From an uncultured bacterium (GTDB lineage Bacteria; Chlamydiota; Chlamydiia; Chlamydiales; SM23-39): a DNA stretch of 64,000 bases. Shown here in pieces: positions 25,635-34,947 of this stretch. Location: NCBI GenBank assembly GCA_964594545.1, contig CAZQNB010000003.1, positions 18,137-82,136 of the forward strand, written 5' to 3'. The notes beneath the pieces were generated by a model that was not told where the DNA came from, searched no databases, and saw only the letters and a program-made list of their open reading frames with translations. Numbering within the stretch: position 1 is the first letter of the stretch; each line of letters opens with the position of its first letter. The translations under genes were made by a program, and so were the position numbers.

Positions 25635-25826
25635 TTCTCAGGGTATATAGTGCTTCCAGTTGAAAGGCCCCTAGACGAAAACTGATTAAAAGCCTCAAAT
25701 TTCGAATAAAAGGTCGGGGTCAATATTGAATTAATATTAACCCCGACCTTTTATTCGAAATTTGAGAGCTTTTAATTCAGTTTTCGTAGGTGGCTTTCAA
25801 CTGGAAGCACTATATACCAGAGAAAA
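25635..25826. repeat. 192-bp palindromic element
   Basis: ttctcagggtatatagtgcttccagttgaaagg...aaaaggtcggggt / accccgacctttt...ctttcaactggaagcactatataccagagaa. It ends 7 nt before the GH3 gene stop. Confidence 0.88.
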
Positions 25827-25832
25827 CTCGGC

Positions 25833-27413
25833 TTATCTAAGGCATTCACTTACAGCTTCGATAGAAATTGAAGTCGGGCTAAATGTTTTAATGATTAGGC
25901 TTGCCCCCGGAAAAAGATCCGCATCCATCGGATCTCTTGTAGCGACGAGAATAAGGGGCTTTCCCGTTTCGATTAACGATTCAATGAGCGCACTTTGCTC
26001 CGGGTTTTCCCAGGCATTGTAGGTACATATAAGCAATAGTTCAGAAGACTCTGCCATTTGTTTTACCCTTTTCTGCTCTTCAATGGTTGGTTTTAACCCG
26101 CTGAAATAAAGGGTCTCTGTTGTTTTACTTAAGTCAAGAAGGGTGGTGTTCTTTATCGGATCAGATAAAATACTCGGCGCCACGACAAGAAGTTTCTTTT
26201 CAGAAATATTGGGTATCGGTTTATTTTGAACGGTTTTTAAGCTAAGAGCGGCGATTTTGTTTGCAAGTTGCAGGTGTTGCTCCGGATCAAAGGGGGTAGG
26301 TTTTGGAGCGGATAAAAACTGCTCTTTGAGTTTTAGAATTTTTTCTACGGCGCAATGGAGTCTATATTCAGAGACTTTGCCGCTTTTAACGCTGTCTACA
26401 AGAAATTTGTGGATTCGTTTGACCTCAGTTATTGTAAGTTCGGTCGAATCTGTTTGATCGAGAAGATCCTTTCCTCCAAGCAATAGAATATCGCAGCCCG
26501 CATTGAGCGCTTTTAGGGCAACAACGTCTATCGATGTATTGTTTTTAAGAACTCCCTTCATCACAAGAGAATCTGAAATAATAATGCCTTTAAAACCAAT
26601 TTTTTCTTGGAGATATTTAAGGGTTGTTGACGATAGCGTTGAACAGTTTTCCGGATCGAGAGCCGGGATTAAAAGGTGGGCTGTCATGATTGCGTGCGCA
26701 GAAGAGGCCAGAGTAGTAAAGGGGAGGAGCTCTTGGCTTTGTAATTCTTCCATCGATTTGTGGATGATGGGCAGCTCTGCGTGTGAATCAATGTCTACAT
26801 CACCGTGCCCGGGAAAGTGTTTTAGCGTAGCAATCACACCTGCTTCTTGAAACCCTTCCATAGCCATTTGACCAAAATTCGATACGGTTTTTGTTGTATC
26901 TCCAAAGGCTCGAATGCCGATGATTGGATTTAATGGATTGCTATTGACGTCGACAACGGGGGCGAGATTCATGTTTACGCCAACTGATTTCAGTTCTTGC
27001 CCCATTGCGAAAGCAGCTGCCTTTGCAAGGAGAGGATCTCCCGTTTCTCCAAGAGCTCGATTTCCCGGAAATTGGGTGAATCCTTGATTGCATCGAGCGA
27101 CAAGACCCCCTTCTTGATCGGCTGCAATAAGTAAAGGGATCGGGTTTTGGTTTTCTTTGGCAAACGCCTGAAGTTCGTTACTTAAAGCGCGAACTTGTGT
27201 TGGGGAGTGCAGACCGTTTGCCCAGTTGTAATAGATGAATCCGCCCACTTTTACATCGCGGATTAATGTTTTTGCATCCTCATTGATACTCTCTCCGGAA
27301 AAGTGAACCATGAAAAGCTGCCCCACTTTTTCTTCCATCGTCATTTGGTCAAGTGGGGATTGAATGCCAAAAAGAGAACATAATCCGACTAGAAATATTA
27401 ATGAGATGCGCAT
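25833..27413 (-). CDS. glycoside hydrolase family 3 protein (NagZ/beta-N-acetylhexosaminidase-like) with signal peptide
   Basis: GH3 N-domain motifs (IAADQEGG, KHFPGHGD) plus a C-terminal extension. Start set at MRISLIFLVGLCSLFG (ATG 27413). Confidence 0.8.
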   Translation of the reverse strand: MRISLIFLVGLCSLFGIQSPLDQMTMEEKVGQLFMVHFSGESINEDAKTLIRDVKVGGFIYYNWANGLHSPTQVRALSNELQAFAKENQNPIPLLIAADQEGGLVARCNQGFTQFPGNRALGETGDPLLAKAAAFAMGQELKSVGVNMNLAPVVDVNSNPLNPIIGIRAFGDTTKTVSNFGQMAMEGFQEAGVIATLKHFPGHGDVDIDSHAELPIIHKSMEELQSQELLPFTTLASSAHAIMTAHLLIPALDPENCSTLSSTTLKYLQEKIGFKGIIISDSLVMKGVLKNNTSIDVVALKALNAGCDILLLGGKDLLDQTDSTELTITEVKRIHKFLVDSVKSGKVSEYRLHCAVEKILKLKEQFLSAPKPTPFDPEQHLQLANKIAALSLKTVQNKPIPNISEKKLLVVAPSILSDPIKNTTLLDLSKTTETLYFSGLKPTIEEQKRVKQMAESSELLLICTYNAWENPEQSALIESLIETGKPLILVATRDPMDADLFPGASLIIKTFSPTSISIEAVSECLR

Positions 27414-27436
27414 TAGAATAGACCGTTGAGGTGAGG

Positions 27437-28072
27437 ATGAAGTTTGCTCCAACGCTTGGCAATTTCGCAATCAATTTTTATCATCGAGACCGTTTTCGTC
27501 TTTTTTCAACAGATGGGAATTTTTCTGAAGAAAGTTATACGCAATTGCTCGAAGCTTTTTCTTCTGTTCCGTGGGTAAGGAGGGAGGAGAATTTTTACGT
27601 GCAGTACGAATCTTTTATTCAACCGACCGATTCTCACGCTTTAGCCTCATTGTATGACCCCTCTTTCTTTTTCCCATTTAAAGAGAAATTGGAACGGCAA
27701 TTGGGTGTATCTTTGCAAAATAAGATTCGGTTGGTCGCTCATAAATTGGTCACTTCTGATGCAATTGGCTTGCACACCGACTATACCCAGCCGGAAGAGG
27801 GCCATGAGAATTTTCGGTACATTTTCCAGTTTTCCCATGGAAATGAGCTGATTTCAGGAGGGGAGCTTTCTTTTTGGGCTTCGAGATACACTAAGGAGCT
27901 CATTAAACAATATTCTTATAGGCGAAATACGGGCGTTTGCTTTGAAATTACGCCTCACTCGTTTCATTCTGTTGCGCCAGTTGATGGGGAGAGGTATACT
28001 TTGGTGATGTATTTGTGGGAAATGGGTCGCCATTACAATGGGCTCGGACACGAAATTAGGGAAAGTCAATGA
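27437..28072 (+). CDS. 2OG-Fe(II) oxygenase superfamily protein (prolyl-4-hydroxylase-like)
   Basis: HxD (GLHTDY), distal His (HSFHSVAP) and Arg (ERYTLVMY) in the order expected for the 2OG oxygenase jelly-roll. Confidence 0.6.
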   Translation: MKFAPTLGNFAINFYHRDRFRLFSTDGNFSEESYTQLLEAFSSVPWVRREENFYVQYESFIQPTDSHALASLYDPSFFFPFKEKLERQLGVSLQNKIRLVAHKLVTSDAIGLHTDYTQPEEGHENFRYIFQFSHGNELISGGELSFWASRYTKELIKQYSYRRNTGVCFEITPHSFHSVAPVDGERYTLVMYLWEMGRHYNGLGHEIRESQ

Positions 28073-28386
28073 ATTGGATCTTGCTTGTTGTTGCTGGTTT
28101 GTTTGAAATTATTTGGGCTGTGGGACTTAAGTATACTCAAGGATTTACAAAGTTGTACCCGAGTCTTCTCTCTGGAGGCTCCATGGTCGCTAGTATGATT
28201 TTATTGAGTTATGCTTTAAAAACGATCCCCATAGGAACGGCCTATGCGGTTTGGACAGGGATTGGGGCTTGCGGAACCCTTTTGTTTGGCATGTTATTTT
28301 TGGGCGAATCTCGAGATCCCATACGTGTCGGATGCATCCTCGTTATCGTCGCATCTATGTTTATTTTAAAGCTCACCCAGAAGTGA
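28069..28386 (+). CDS. sugE: SMR family guanidinium/quaternary-ammonium exporter SugE (Gdx)
   Basis: MNWILLVVAGLFEIIWAVGLKYTQGF...GTAYAVWTGIGA...LGES closely follows E. coli SugE along its whole length. The ATGA overlaps the upstream stop. Confidence 0.9.
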   Translation: MNWILLVVAGLFEIIWAVGLKYTQGFTKLYPSLLSGGSMVASMILLSYALKTIPIGTAYAVWTGIGACGTLLFGMLFLGESRDPIRVGCILVIVASMFILKLTQK

Positions 28387-28709
28387 AAAAAAAGCCAAAA
28401 TGTAAAATCGAGCTTTTATTAGATTCTGCCATGTGCTATATTCGTTGGAAAGCCGCAACTTCAATCAAGTAAATGTTATGAACGCGGGCCCATCCTCCTT
28501 AATCGTGGGGTGGCGCTTTTAGCGAATCGGCAGTTTGGATTGCAGGAGGACGAGTAGTGGATATGTTTTGCTCCGGCCTCAAGGTGTCTAACGACTTATG
28601 TCGTTGGGATAGGGAATTAGCAGGGAAGCACGGAGTCCGTCTGCCCCTTTTACAAAAGAATCTTTACATCAAACATGTAGAGAAAAAACAATTAAGTGAG
28701 AAAATAAGT

Positions 28710-28916
28710 ATGGCAAAATCAAAAGGTACAATTAAATTTTTCAACTCGCAAAAAGGCTTTGGCTTTATCGCACCCGATAATGGCGGCAAAGATCTCTTCG
28801 TTCACGCAAATAACGTGCAAGGCGATCCAAAGTCCCTCCGAGAAGGACAAAAAGTAGAATTCGTAGAAGGCATGGGCCGCAAAGGACCAGAAGCTACTGA
28901 AGTTTCTCCTCTCTAA
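28710..28916 (+). CDS. cold-shock protein (CspA family)
   Basis: GTIKFFNSQKGFGFIAPDNGGKDLFVH carries the RNP1/RNP2 motifs. Start set at the ATG at 28710; the longer ORF is upstream leader. Confidence 0.92.
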   Translation: MAKSKGTIKFFNSQKGFGFIAPDNGGKDLFVHANNVQGDPKSLREGQKVEFVEGMGRKGPEATEVSPL

Positions 28917-28959
28917 TTCCCTTGAGGGAGTCTGCAGATTGATGGTTCGTCAAAGAACT

Positions 28960-30177
28960 TCAATCTGTAGACACCCTCGCATCTTTTTTCTTATCAAAAT
29001 ACATTAAAACTTTCTCAAAGACACGGCACAAAGCTCCATTTGCAATCACGTTTGCGCACGTTACTAAGGGATCTAAAATCACATTCAAGGCAAGTATTGT
29101 CGCGATCATTTCAGGGTTAAATCCGAGATATGATTCGTAAACGGGAAGCATGATGAAGATTGCGCCACCAATGACCGCAGCAGTGGCAAATCGAGCTAAA
29201 ACAAATACTATGCTAAAGGAAATCCAGGTGGAAAGATCCGGGGGAAATCCATTGAATTGGGAGTAAATAATAAAGCAAAAGAAGCAATTTACAATGCAGT
29301 CCCCGATTTGTTGAATATTTGTTGTCGCGGGAATAATGGCTTTTGCAAGGTCTGGATTTTGTAAGTTTTTGGAAGTCCCTTCGATTGTCCACGGCATTGT
29401 GGAGAGGCTGCATCCGGAGCTAAAGGCGATGCCTGTGGCCGGGAGGAGATTTTTAATTCTTTGGAAAAATCGAGGAGAACCGGGACCTGAACCTAGGAAG
29501 AATAGGAAGAGGATATAAGTCCCAACAGATACGATGAGCCATAGAAGAAGCTCTGCATATTGCCCGGCTACTTGATGGATTAGGTTTGTTTGTACCATGC
29601 GAGCGATAAATCCGAGAACAAAGAGGGGGATGAGTTTTGCAAAAAAACGGGTGAGAACTGTTTCGGCGATTTGTTTCCCTTTTTCCAAGAAACTTTTAAG
29701 CCAGGGGAACGCAAAGGCGGCTATAAGGCCTAAGATAATTGCTAAAATTGTCCCTTTATCTGCAGACCACCACGCAGGTTTTGTAAATCCTAAACGCCAA
29801 AGAGGCGAAAATGAGTTGTTAAATAGATGGATTTTTACAGGCTCTGCATACCCGGTTGCTATATGGCCCCAGCCATACACATACCAGACGCTTGCTCCGT
29901 TTGAAATCGCTTCAAATAAGAAAAGACTTAAAATAAATAGGGGCGCTTTTTTTTCAAAGGAGGCGATCGCAGACCCAATAAAAAAGAAAATGGAAATCGG
30001 GAGCGTCCAAAGAAGCAGATCTTTAATCAGAAGGCTGAATGTGTAAAATCCTTGATGCACCGAGAGGGGTAGGTAGGGAGAGAGAAGAAAATAGATCCCT
30101 ATAGTAAAAAACACTTGGAGAGAGCGGTTTTTAAATATTTGGTCCAGGAACAGCTCCTTAAGGGGATCCTTGTTCAA
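28960..30177 (-). CDS. polytopic membrane transporter, dicarboxylate/amino acid:cation symporter-like
   Basis: About 10 hydrophobic segments, with SSGCSLSTMPWTIE resembling the DAACS SSSxxTLP motif. The only ATG (30360) overlaps miaA by about 200 nt, so an in-frame TTG at 30177 is proposed. Start is uncertain. Confidence 0.5.
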   Translation of the reverse strand: MNKDPLKELFLDQIFKNRSLQVFFTIGIYFLLSPYLPLSVHQGFYTFSLLIKDLLLWTLPISIFFFIGSAIASFEKKAPLFILSLFLFEAISNGASVWYVYGWGHIATGYAEPVKIHLFNNSFSPLWRLGFTKPAWWSADKGTILAIILGLIAAFAFPWLKSFLEKGKQIAETVLTRFFAKLIPLFVLGFIARMVQTNLIHQVAGQYAELLLWLIVSVGTYILFLFFLGSGPGSPRFFQRIKNLLPATGIAFSSGCSLSTMPWTIEGTSKNLQNPDLAKAIIPATTNIQQIGDCIVNCFFCFIIYSQFNGFPPDLSTWISFSIVFVLARFATAAVIGGAIFIMLPVYESYLGFNPEMIATILALNVILDPLVTCANVIANGALCRVFEKVLMYFDKKKDARVSTD

Positions 30178-31183
30178 AATCTTGCAAGATGAGTTCTTTG
30201 AGCCGCTCTGCGGGGTGCTCAGCCACGTCAAGCCATCGAAAGAGGGGTTCTTTTCGAAACCAAGTAAACTGCCTTTTCGCAAAATGGCGTGTTGCTTTTT
30301 TAAATTTTGAAATAAAAAGATCCAAATCCATTTGCGTTTGAGGGGAGTCGAGATATTCAAGCGCTTGGCGATAGCCGATGGCTTGCGCGGCGGGTGGGTT
30401 TTTTCGAATTCCTTGGCTTTCGAGACACTTCACTTCCCGGAGAAAGCCTTTTTTGATCATTTCATCGCAGCGCATCTCAATCCGGGAGTAAAGAACCTCT
30501 CTCGGGTGATATAAAAACCAACATCGAAAATCGTATTCCTGCTCATCGAGACTCTCCGCTTTTGGAAAATCGCTCACTTTTTTTTCTGAGAGAGCCATAA
30601 TTTCAAAAGCTCTCACGATTTTATGACGATCCTTTTCAGAAATCGTGGCTGCATAATCGGGGTCGAGCATTTGGAGTCTCTCATAGAGAAATTCGGGACC
30701 GAGATTCTCCATCTGATTTTCAATTTTTTCTCGGATTTGTTTGTTTGACGGAGGCCCCATCGGCGGACCATAAAGAAGAGATCGGATGTAAAAGCCGGAT
30801 CCTCCTACGATGATGGGGACATTTTCTCTATGAATAATGTCCTCGATTGCTGTTTTTGCTGCTTTAGAAAACTCGGCTACATTAAAGGGCTCATCGACAT
30901 TGCAAATATCGATGAGATGATGGGTGATCAGGCTCCTATCTTCGGCAGAGGCCTTCGCAGTCCCTATGTCCATTCCTCGGTATACTTGACAGGAATCGGC
31001 AGATAAAATCTCCCCGCCAATTGCTTGCGCGAGAGCAATCGATATGCTTGTTTTGCCCGTTGCGGTAGGTCCCGCAATAACGATCACCCGTTTTTTGGGA
31101 TTTTTTGAAAACTCTTTTTTCTTTAATGGAATTGGCTCCTGATGAAACAGGGCTTCCGGTAAAAAGGTTTGTTTCACGGGCAA
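30158..31183 (-). CDS. miaA: tRNA dimethylallyltransferase
   Basis: P-loop VIVIAGPTATGKTS, then LSADSCQVYRGMDIGTAK and a full-length MiaA-like sequence. Confidence 0.93.
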   Translation of the reverse strand: MPVKQTFLPEALFHQEPIPLKKKEFSKNPKKRVIVIAGPTATGKTSISIALAQAIGGEILSADSCQVYRGMDIGTAKASAEDRSLITHHLIDICNVDEPFNVAEFSKAAKTAIEDIIHRENVPIIVGGSGFYIRSLLYGPPMGPPSNKQIREKIENQMENLGPEFLYERLQMLDPDYAATISEKDRHKIVRAFEIMALSEKKVSDFPKAESLDEQEYDFRCWFLYHPREVLYSRIEMRCDEMIKKGFLREVKCLESQGIRKNPPAAQAIGYRQALEYLDSPQTQMDLDLFISKFKKATRHFAKRQFTWFRKEPLFRWLDVAEHPAERLKELILQDFEQGSP

Positions 31184-31200
31184 TTTTCCAGAGCAGATAT

Positions 31201-31431
31201 TTATTGAATTATTTCAAGATGGACTCTATGTCCAAGGCGGGCTCCAATTGACATAGCAAGAGTTCTAAGCGAGCGGATGATGTTTCCTTTACGACCCACA
31301 ACTTTACCTACATCTTCCGGGGCAACGCGGATTTCGATTAAAAGACCATTTTGGCCTTCAACGCCTCGGATATCGACTTGTTCCGGGATGTTAACCATAT
31401 TTTTAATGAGATAAGCGACGAATTCTTCCAT
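31201..31431 (-). CDS. KH-domain RNA-binding protein (YlqC/UPF0109 family)
   Basis: VGKVVGRKGNIIRSLRTL is the KH GxxG core in a 76-aa protein. ATG at 31431 with GGAG upstream. Confidence 0.85.
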   Translation of the reverse strand: MEEFVAYLIKNMVNIPEQVDIRGVEGQNGLLIEIRVAPEDVGKVVGRKGNIIRSLRTLAMSIGARLGHRVHLEIIQ

Positions 31432-31541
31432 ATTATTCTCCTGGGAGTGTGGTCTGTGAACAGGTTCTAATGCATCTAGGATATTGAAGTGCAATATTGA
31501 ATTCAATGAGAGTCTCGAAAAAATATTTTTTTAAGAAAGTT

Positions 31542-31734
31542 AGGGGTCGTCCAACAATAACTTTTAGAGCTGTATAGGGAAAAATCGATTAAAAAAAAGG
31601 GGGGATAGTATTGACTTAATACAAACCCCCTTTTTTTTAATTGATTTATCGGCAGCTTTCAATCCCGTCCAAACACCGATTCTTCAATCACGAGCGGTAT
31701 ATACAGCTCTAAAATTTATTATTGGAAGGCCCCT
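31542..31734. repeat. nested palindromic elements: 5'-truncated family-A element inserted at the central TA of an outer palindrome
   Basis: Outer arms aggggtcgtccaacaataacttttagagctgta / tacagctctaaaatttattattggaaggcccct. The inner part aaaaaaaagggggg...ccccctttttttt + ...cccgtccaaacaccgattcttcaatcacgagcggta matches family A. Confidence 0.85.
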
Positions 31735-31818
31735 TATTCTCTCCCCCCTTGTAGAAAAAGGGCGTTTTGTGTAACCTTTTTAGAACATTTTCAGACAATT
31801 CTACCAATTAGGCAAACA

Positions 31819-33465
31819 ATGATGAATCTATCTTCAGAACTTCCCGATACAGTCCACATTCAACATGAACCAGTTCCAGAGGTCTCAGAACCAATGGAAA
31901 AGGTGGATAAGTCAGAGGGGGATCCGAAGTGGAGCGCAGCTTTTGTTGAATTTACGAAGACTCTTTCAGCTTTTCCTACCCCTGAAGAAAAAATCGCTTT
32001 TGGCCTGTCCTACATGAGAGAGACAATTTCCCAAGAAGGGAGCCCCCGTTTTAGAGAGTTCTGGGAATCGCGTCGTTTGGTTCTCCCTTTGTTCCGAGAG
32101 AATGTCAATGCGGCTATCCGCCCTAAATTGTGGGGGGAGTACGTTGAGCTTACTGTTGAAGCGCGCCGTTTAAAGGAAATTCTTGAAGAGCAGAGCGCAT
32201 TTGCGATCGAGCAGATCGATCTAGCCATCCAGGCCATCGAACAAGATCTCGGTCAATTTGAAGCTCTTTTGGCCCAGTCTACAGCACTGCAATTTTCAGA
32301 CGCCCCTTATTCCCTTAAAGGAAAGATTGATGTCTATCATCAAATTCAGCAGGAATTAAATCTTCTCAATACACTCGCTAGCCGACTCAATGGTCTTAGA
32401 AAAGAAATTATTAAGACCGATATGCGTATCCGGTTTAAGACGAAATTTTTCAAACGCCTTTCAGAGCTTGGAGACAAAATCTTCCCACGTCGCAAAGGGT
32501 TGATTGAGCAAGTGAGTGGAGAGTTTGAGAAGGATGTGGAAAGTTTTGTTGCTAAGCATTTTAAAGACAATGAAGTGATTGGAGCCCCTTATTACGCGTT
32601 AAGAGAAGAGATTAAAGCGTTCCAGTGGATGGCGAAGGTGTTGACTTTGAGCAGCGCTGTCTTTAGCCGCACAAGAGTGCGCATGAGCGAATGCTGGGAT
32701 AAGGTGAAAGTTCTTGAAAGAGAGCATAAGAAGGTTCTTTTAGAGAAAAAACAGGCCTCTTCCGGCGCTTGTCAGGCAATTGTAACTAAAATTGAAGAAT
32801 TGAAAGTGAGATCAGAGTCTTTGACTCTCCGTGATCTTGATCGTGAGATTGATGGCATTGTAACTGAGATGCGCGCAATTTACTTAGACAGAGACGATGT
32901 TCGCAATCTTCGCGATGCCTTATTCCAGATCCGCGTTCCTCACATCGCCGCGCAAGAGAAAAAAGCGCAAGAGCTTGAAGAGGCGGAAAAAGAAAAACTT
33001 CGCATTAAAAAAGAAAAATTCCTGCAGATGAAAGAATCGATCCAAGATCTGATCCAAAAAGGGTCTGCAATGGATTTGGATACCCTTTCTGCCCAGTTTA
33101 AATCTCTTGAGGCGGATATTGCGTCGCTCGATATTTCAAAGATGGAAAAACAGCAGATTGACCGCCAGTTACGTCCTTTGAAAGATTTAATTGCCGATAA
33201 GAAAGAAAATTCACTCATGAATTTGAGCGATGACGATCGAAAAATGCTTGAAAACTACCGTCTTGTTCTTCAACAGAAGAAAGATCGAAGACAAGAGATT
33301 AAAGAGCTTGTAGATTCTTACCGCAAAACTCTTGGCGCATCGAACTTAGATTTTGAAAAAGCGTTCCAATTGCGAGAGCTACTAGACCTAGAAAAAGAGC
33401 GTCTAGATAAAGCAAATGCAGCCATCGAAGAGATTGAACAAAAAATCACGAAACTCGAAGGGTAA
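31819..33465 (+). CDS. coiled-coil hypothetical protein
   Basis: 548-aa ORF, highly charged with heptad-like E/K/L-rich sequence. No enzymatic motif recognised. Confidence 0.65.
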   Translation: MMNLSSELPDTVHIQHEPVPEVSEPMEKVDKSEGDPKWSAAFVEFTKTLSAFPTPEEKIAFGLSYMRETISQEGSPRFREFWESRRLVLPLFRENVNAAIRPKLWGEYVELTVEARRLKEILEEQSAFAIEQIDLAIQAIEQDLGQFEALLAQSTALQFSDAPYSLKGKIDVYHQIQQELNLLNTLASRLNGLRKEIIKTDMRIRFKTKFFKRLSELGDKIFPRRKGLIEQVSGEFEKDVESFVAKHFKDNEVIGAPYYALREEIKAFQWMAKVLTLSSAVFSRTRVRMSECWDKVKVLEREHKKVLLEKKQASSGACQAIVTKIEELKVRSESLTLRDLDREIDGIVTEMRAIYLDRDDVRNLRDALFQIRVPHIAAQEKKAQELEEAEKEKLRIKKEKFLQMKESIQDLIQKGSAMDLDTLSAQFKSLEADIASLDISKMEKQQIDRQLRPLKDLIADKKENSLMNLSDDDRKMLENYRLVLQQKKDRRQEIKELVDSYRKTLGASNLDFEKAFQLRELLDLEKERLDKANAAIEEIEQKITKLEG

Positions 33466-33527
33466 GTTTTTGTTGTAGATAAATATTTAGACTGAGCTGT
33501 AACTTTCTTTAGGGGGAGTTATAGCGG

Positions 33528-34577
33528 ATGTCTAGGTCGTTTTTCTTAAAATTTTTTGATTTTGAAGAAGTCAAGTCCCTTTCAATAGATCAAAATATTC
33601 CGCTCCTTCGCGCAGAGGAAAAAGTGGGGGAGCTCTTCTTACGGCTTTCTCATTTGATCGGACTCAAAGAGAATCTTAAAAGTACTTTTAAGATTATAGA
33701 ACCTCAGGCGCTTTCACGTGGTATCGATTGGTCTTTTTCCTATCTAGGATCGGAAAAGCAATCTCGATTGATGTTGATGATTCTCATGACAGCGATGACT
33801 CACGCAATCTATGAACATAGTTGTATCCTTGCGGCATCAAGCGGATCTCTTAAACATGACGCTCCTTCTCTCGAGGTGGATTTAGGAGAGGAAGGAGAGA
33901 GGCTTTTATTTAGAGAAACAGCCGGTAGTAAAAAGGGGAGAGCATTTTGTGTTTTCAATGGAAAAGGCTTTTCTTTTCAGGGATTTGAAATGTTTTCATA
34001 TCCCGCATTTTCTTTGTGCACAATTTTGGCTGCCTTTGCCGATAGTTTGCAGTTGATTTTAGATGCGTTTGAGCGTTTAGGCGATGATTGCAACGCCCTA
34101 GAGGGATTTCTTCGAAAACAGGCAAATGAAGCGAAATCTTCTTCGTGTTTAGAAAAGAGTCGGTTCTATCGATTGGAGCCAAACGCAGTTGCGAAATTCA
34201 TGGAGCCTAAATCGATCCGTTGTTTCGAGAAAATTTTGCAGGAAGATGATCTTGCAAAGATACAATTTTCCCTTTTATCTCACTACAATTGTTTTATGCA
34301 TAAGGAAATTCTGGAGGCGACGGATCGCTTTCGAAAGCAAACGCTTCCGGAGATTTTACACCTGTTTAAAAAACGACAAAAAGAGATACCCCATGAAGTT
34401 GCTCTACAGATTGAAAAGGCGATCGTATCGATGGACGGATTAGAGAAGTTACAAGCGCAGATCAAAGACTTAGGGATAGAAGTTCAGGCAAAGGCTCTTT
34501 TTGAAGTAGGAAAAGAAAAATTAGGAGTGATCAGAGAAGTTTTAGATAGATTGGAGGAAGTGAAAAATGACAGATAA
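33528..34577 (+). CDS. hypothetical protein
   Basis: 349-aa ORF whose stop overlaps the rsfS start. No recognisable motif. Confidence 0.6.
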   Translation: MSRSFFLKFFDFEEVKSLSIDQNIPLLRAEEKVGELFLRLSHLIGLKENLKSTFKIIEPQALSRGIDWSFSYLGSEKQSRLMLMILMTAMTHAIYEHSCILAASSGSLKHDAPSLEVDLGEEGERLLFRETAGSKKGRAFCVFNGKGFSFQGFEMFSYPAFSLCTILAAFADSLQLILDAFERLGDDCNALEGFLRKQANEAKSSSCLEKSRFYRLEPNAVAKFMEPKSIRCFEKILQEDDLAKIQFSLLSHYNCFMHKEILEATDRFRKQTLPEILHLFKKRQKEIPHEVALQIEKAIVSMDGLEKLQAQIKDLGIEVQAKALFEVGKEKLGVIREVLDRLEEVKNDR

Positions 34578-34947
34578 CCCTTGTTCTTTACTCCACGCAA
34601 TTGCTCAATTGATCTATGATAAGAAGGGGATGAATATTATCGCTTTAGATGTTAAAGGGCTCTCTTCCCTTAGCGATTTTATCTTGATTGCAGAGGGCTC
34701 TGTCGATCGACATATTGCAGCTATTGCCGGTGTGATTGTCGATGAGTTGAATAAGCAAAATATTCAACCTCTATTTGTAGAAGGGGTAAAATCGGGCAAT
34801 TGGGTTGTTTTGGACTATGGCGAGGTCACGGTGCATATTTTCACTCCCAGTTGGCGAGAAAAATATCGACTAGAACGTTTATGGGTAGATAGTAAAATCG
34901 TTGATTTGCCCATCGATATCTCAAGGAGCTCTTTATACCGCTCGTGA
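34567..34947 (+). CDS. rsfS: ribosome silencing factor RsfS (iojap-like)
   Basis: DKKGMNIIALDVKGLSSLSDFILIAEGSVDRHIAAIA...WVVLDYGEVTVHIFTPSWREKYRLERLW is the canonical RsfS pattern. Confidence 0.9.
   Translation: MTDNPCSLLHAIAQLIYDKKGMNIIALDVKGLSSLSDFILIAEGSVDRHIAAIAGVIVDELNKQNIQPLFVEGVKSGNWVVLDYGEVTVHIFTPSWREKYRLERLWVDSKIVDLPIDISRSSLYRS

Noticed and set aside
25439-26022. ORFs 25439-25723 (-) and 25762-26022 (+)
   Set aside because: Both are generated by the two arms of the palindromic elements and by overlap with the CPBP and GH3 gene ends.
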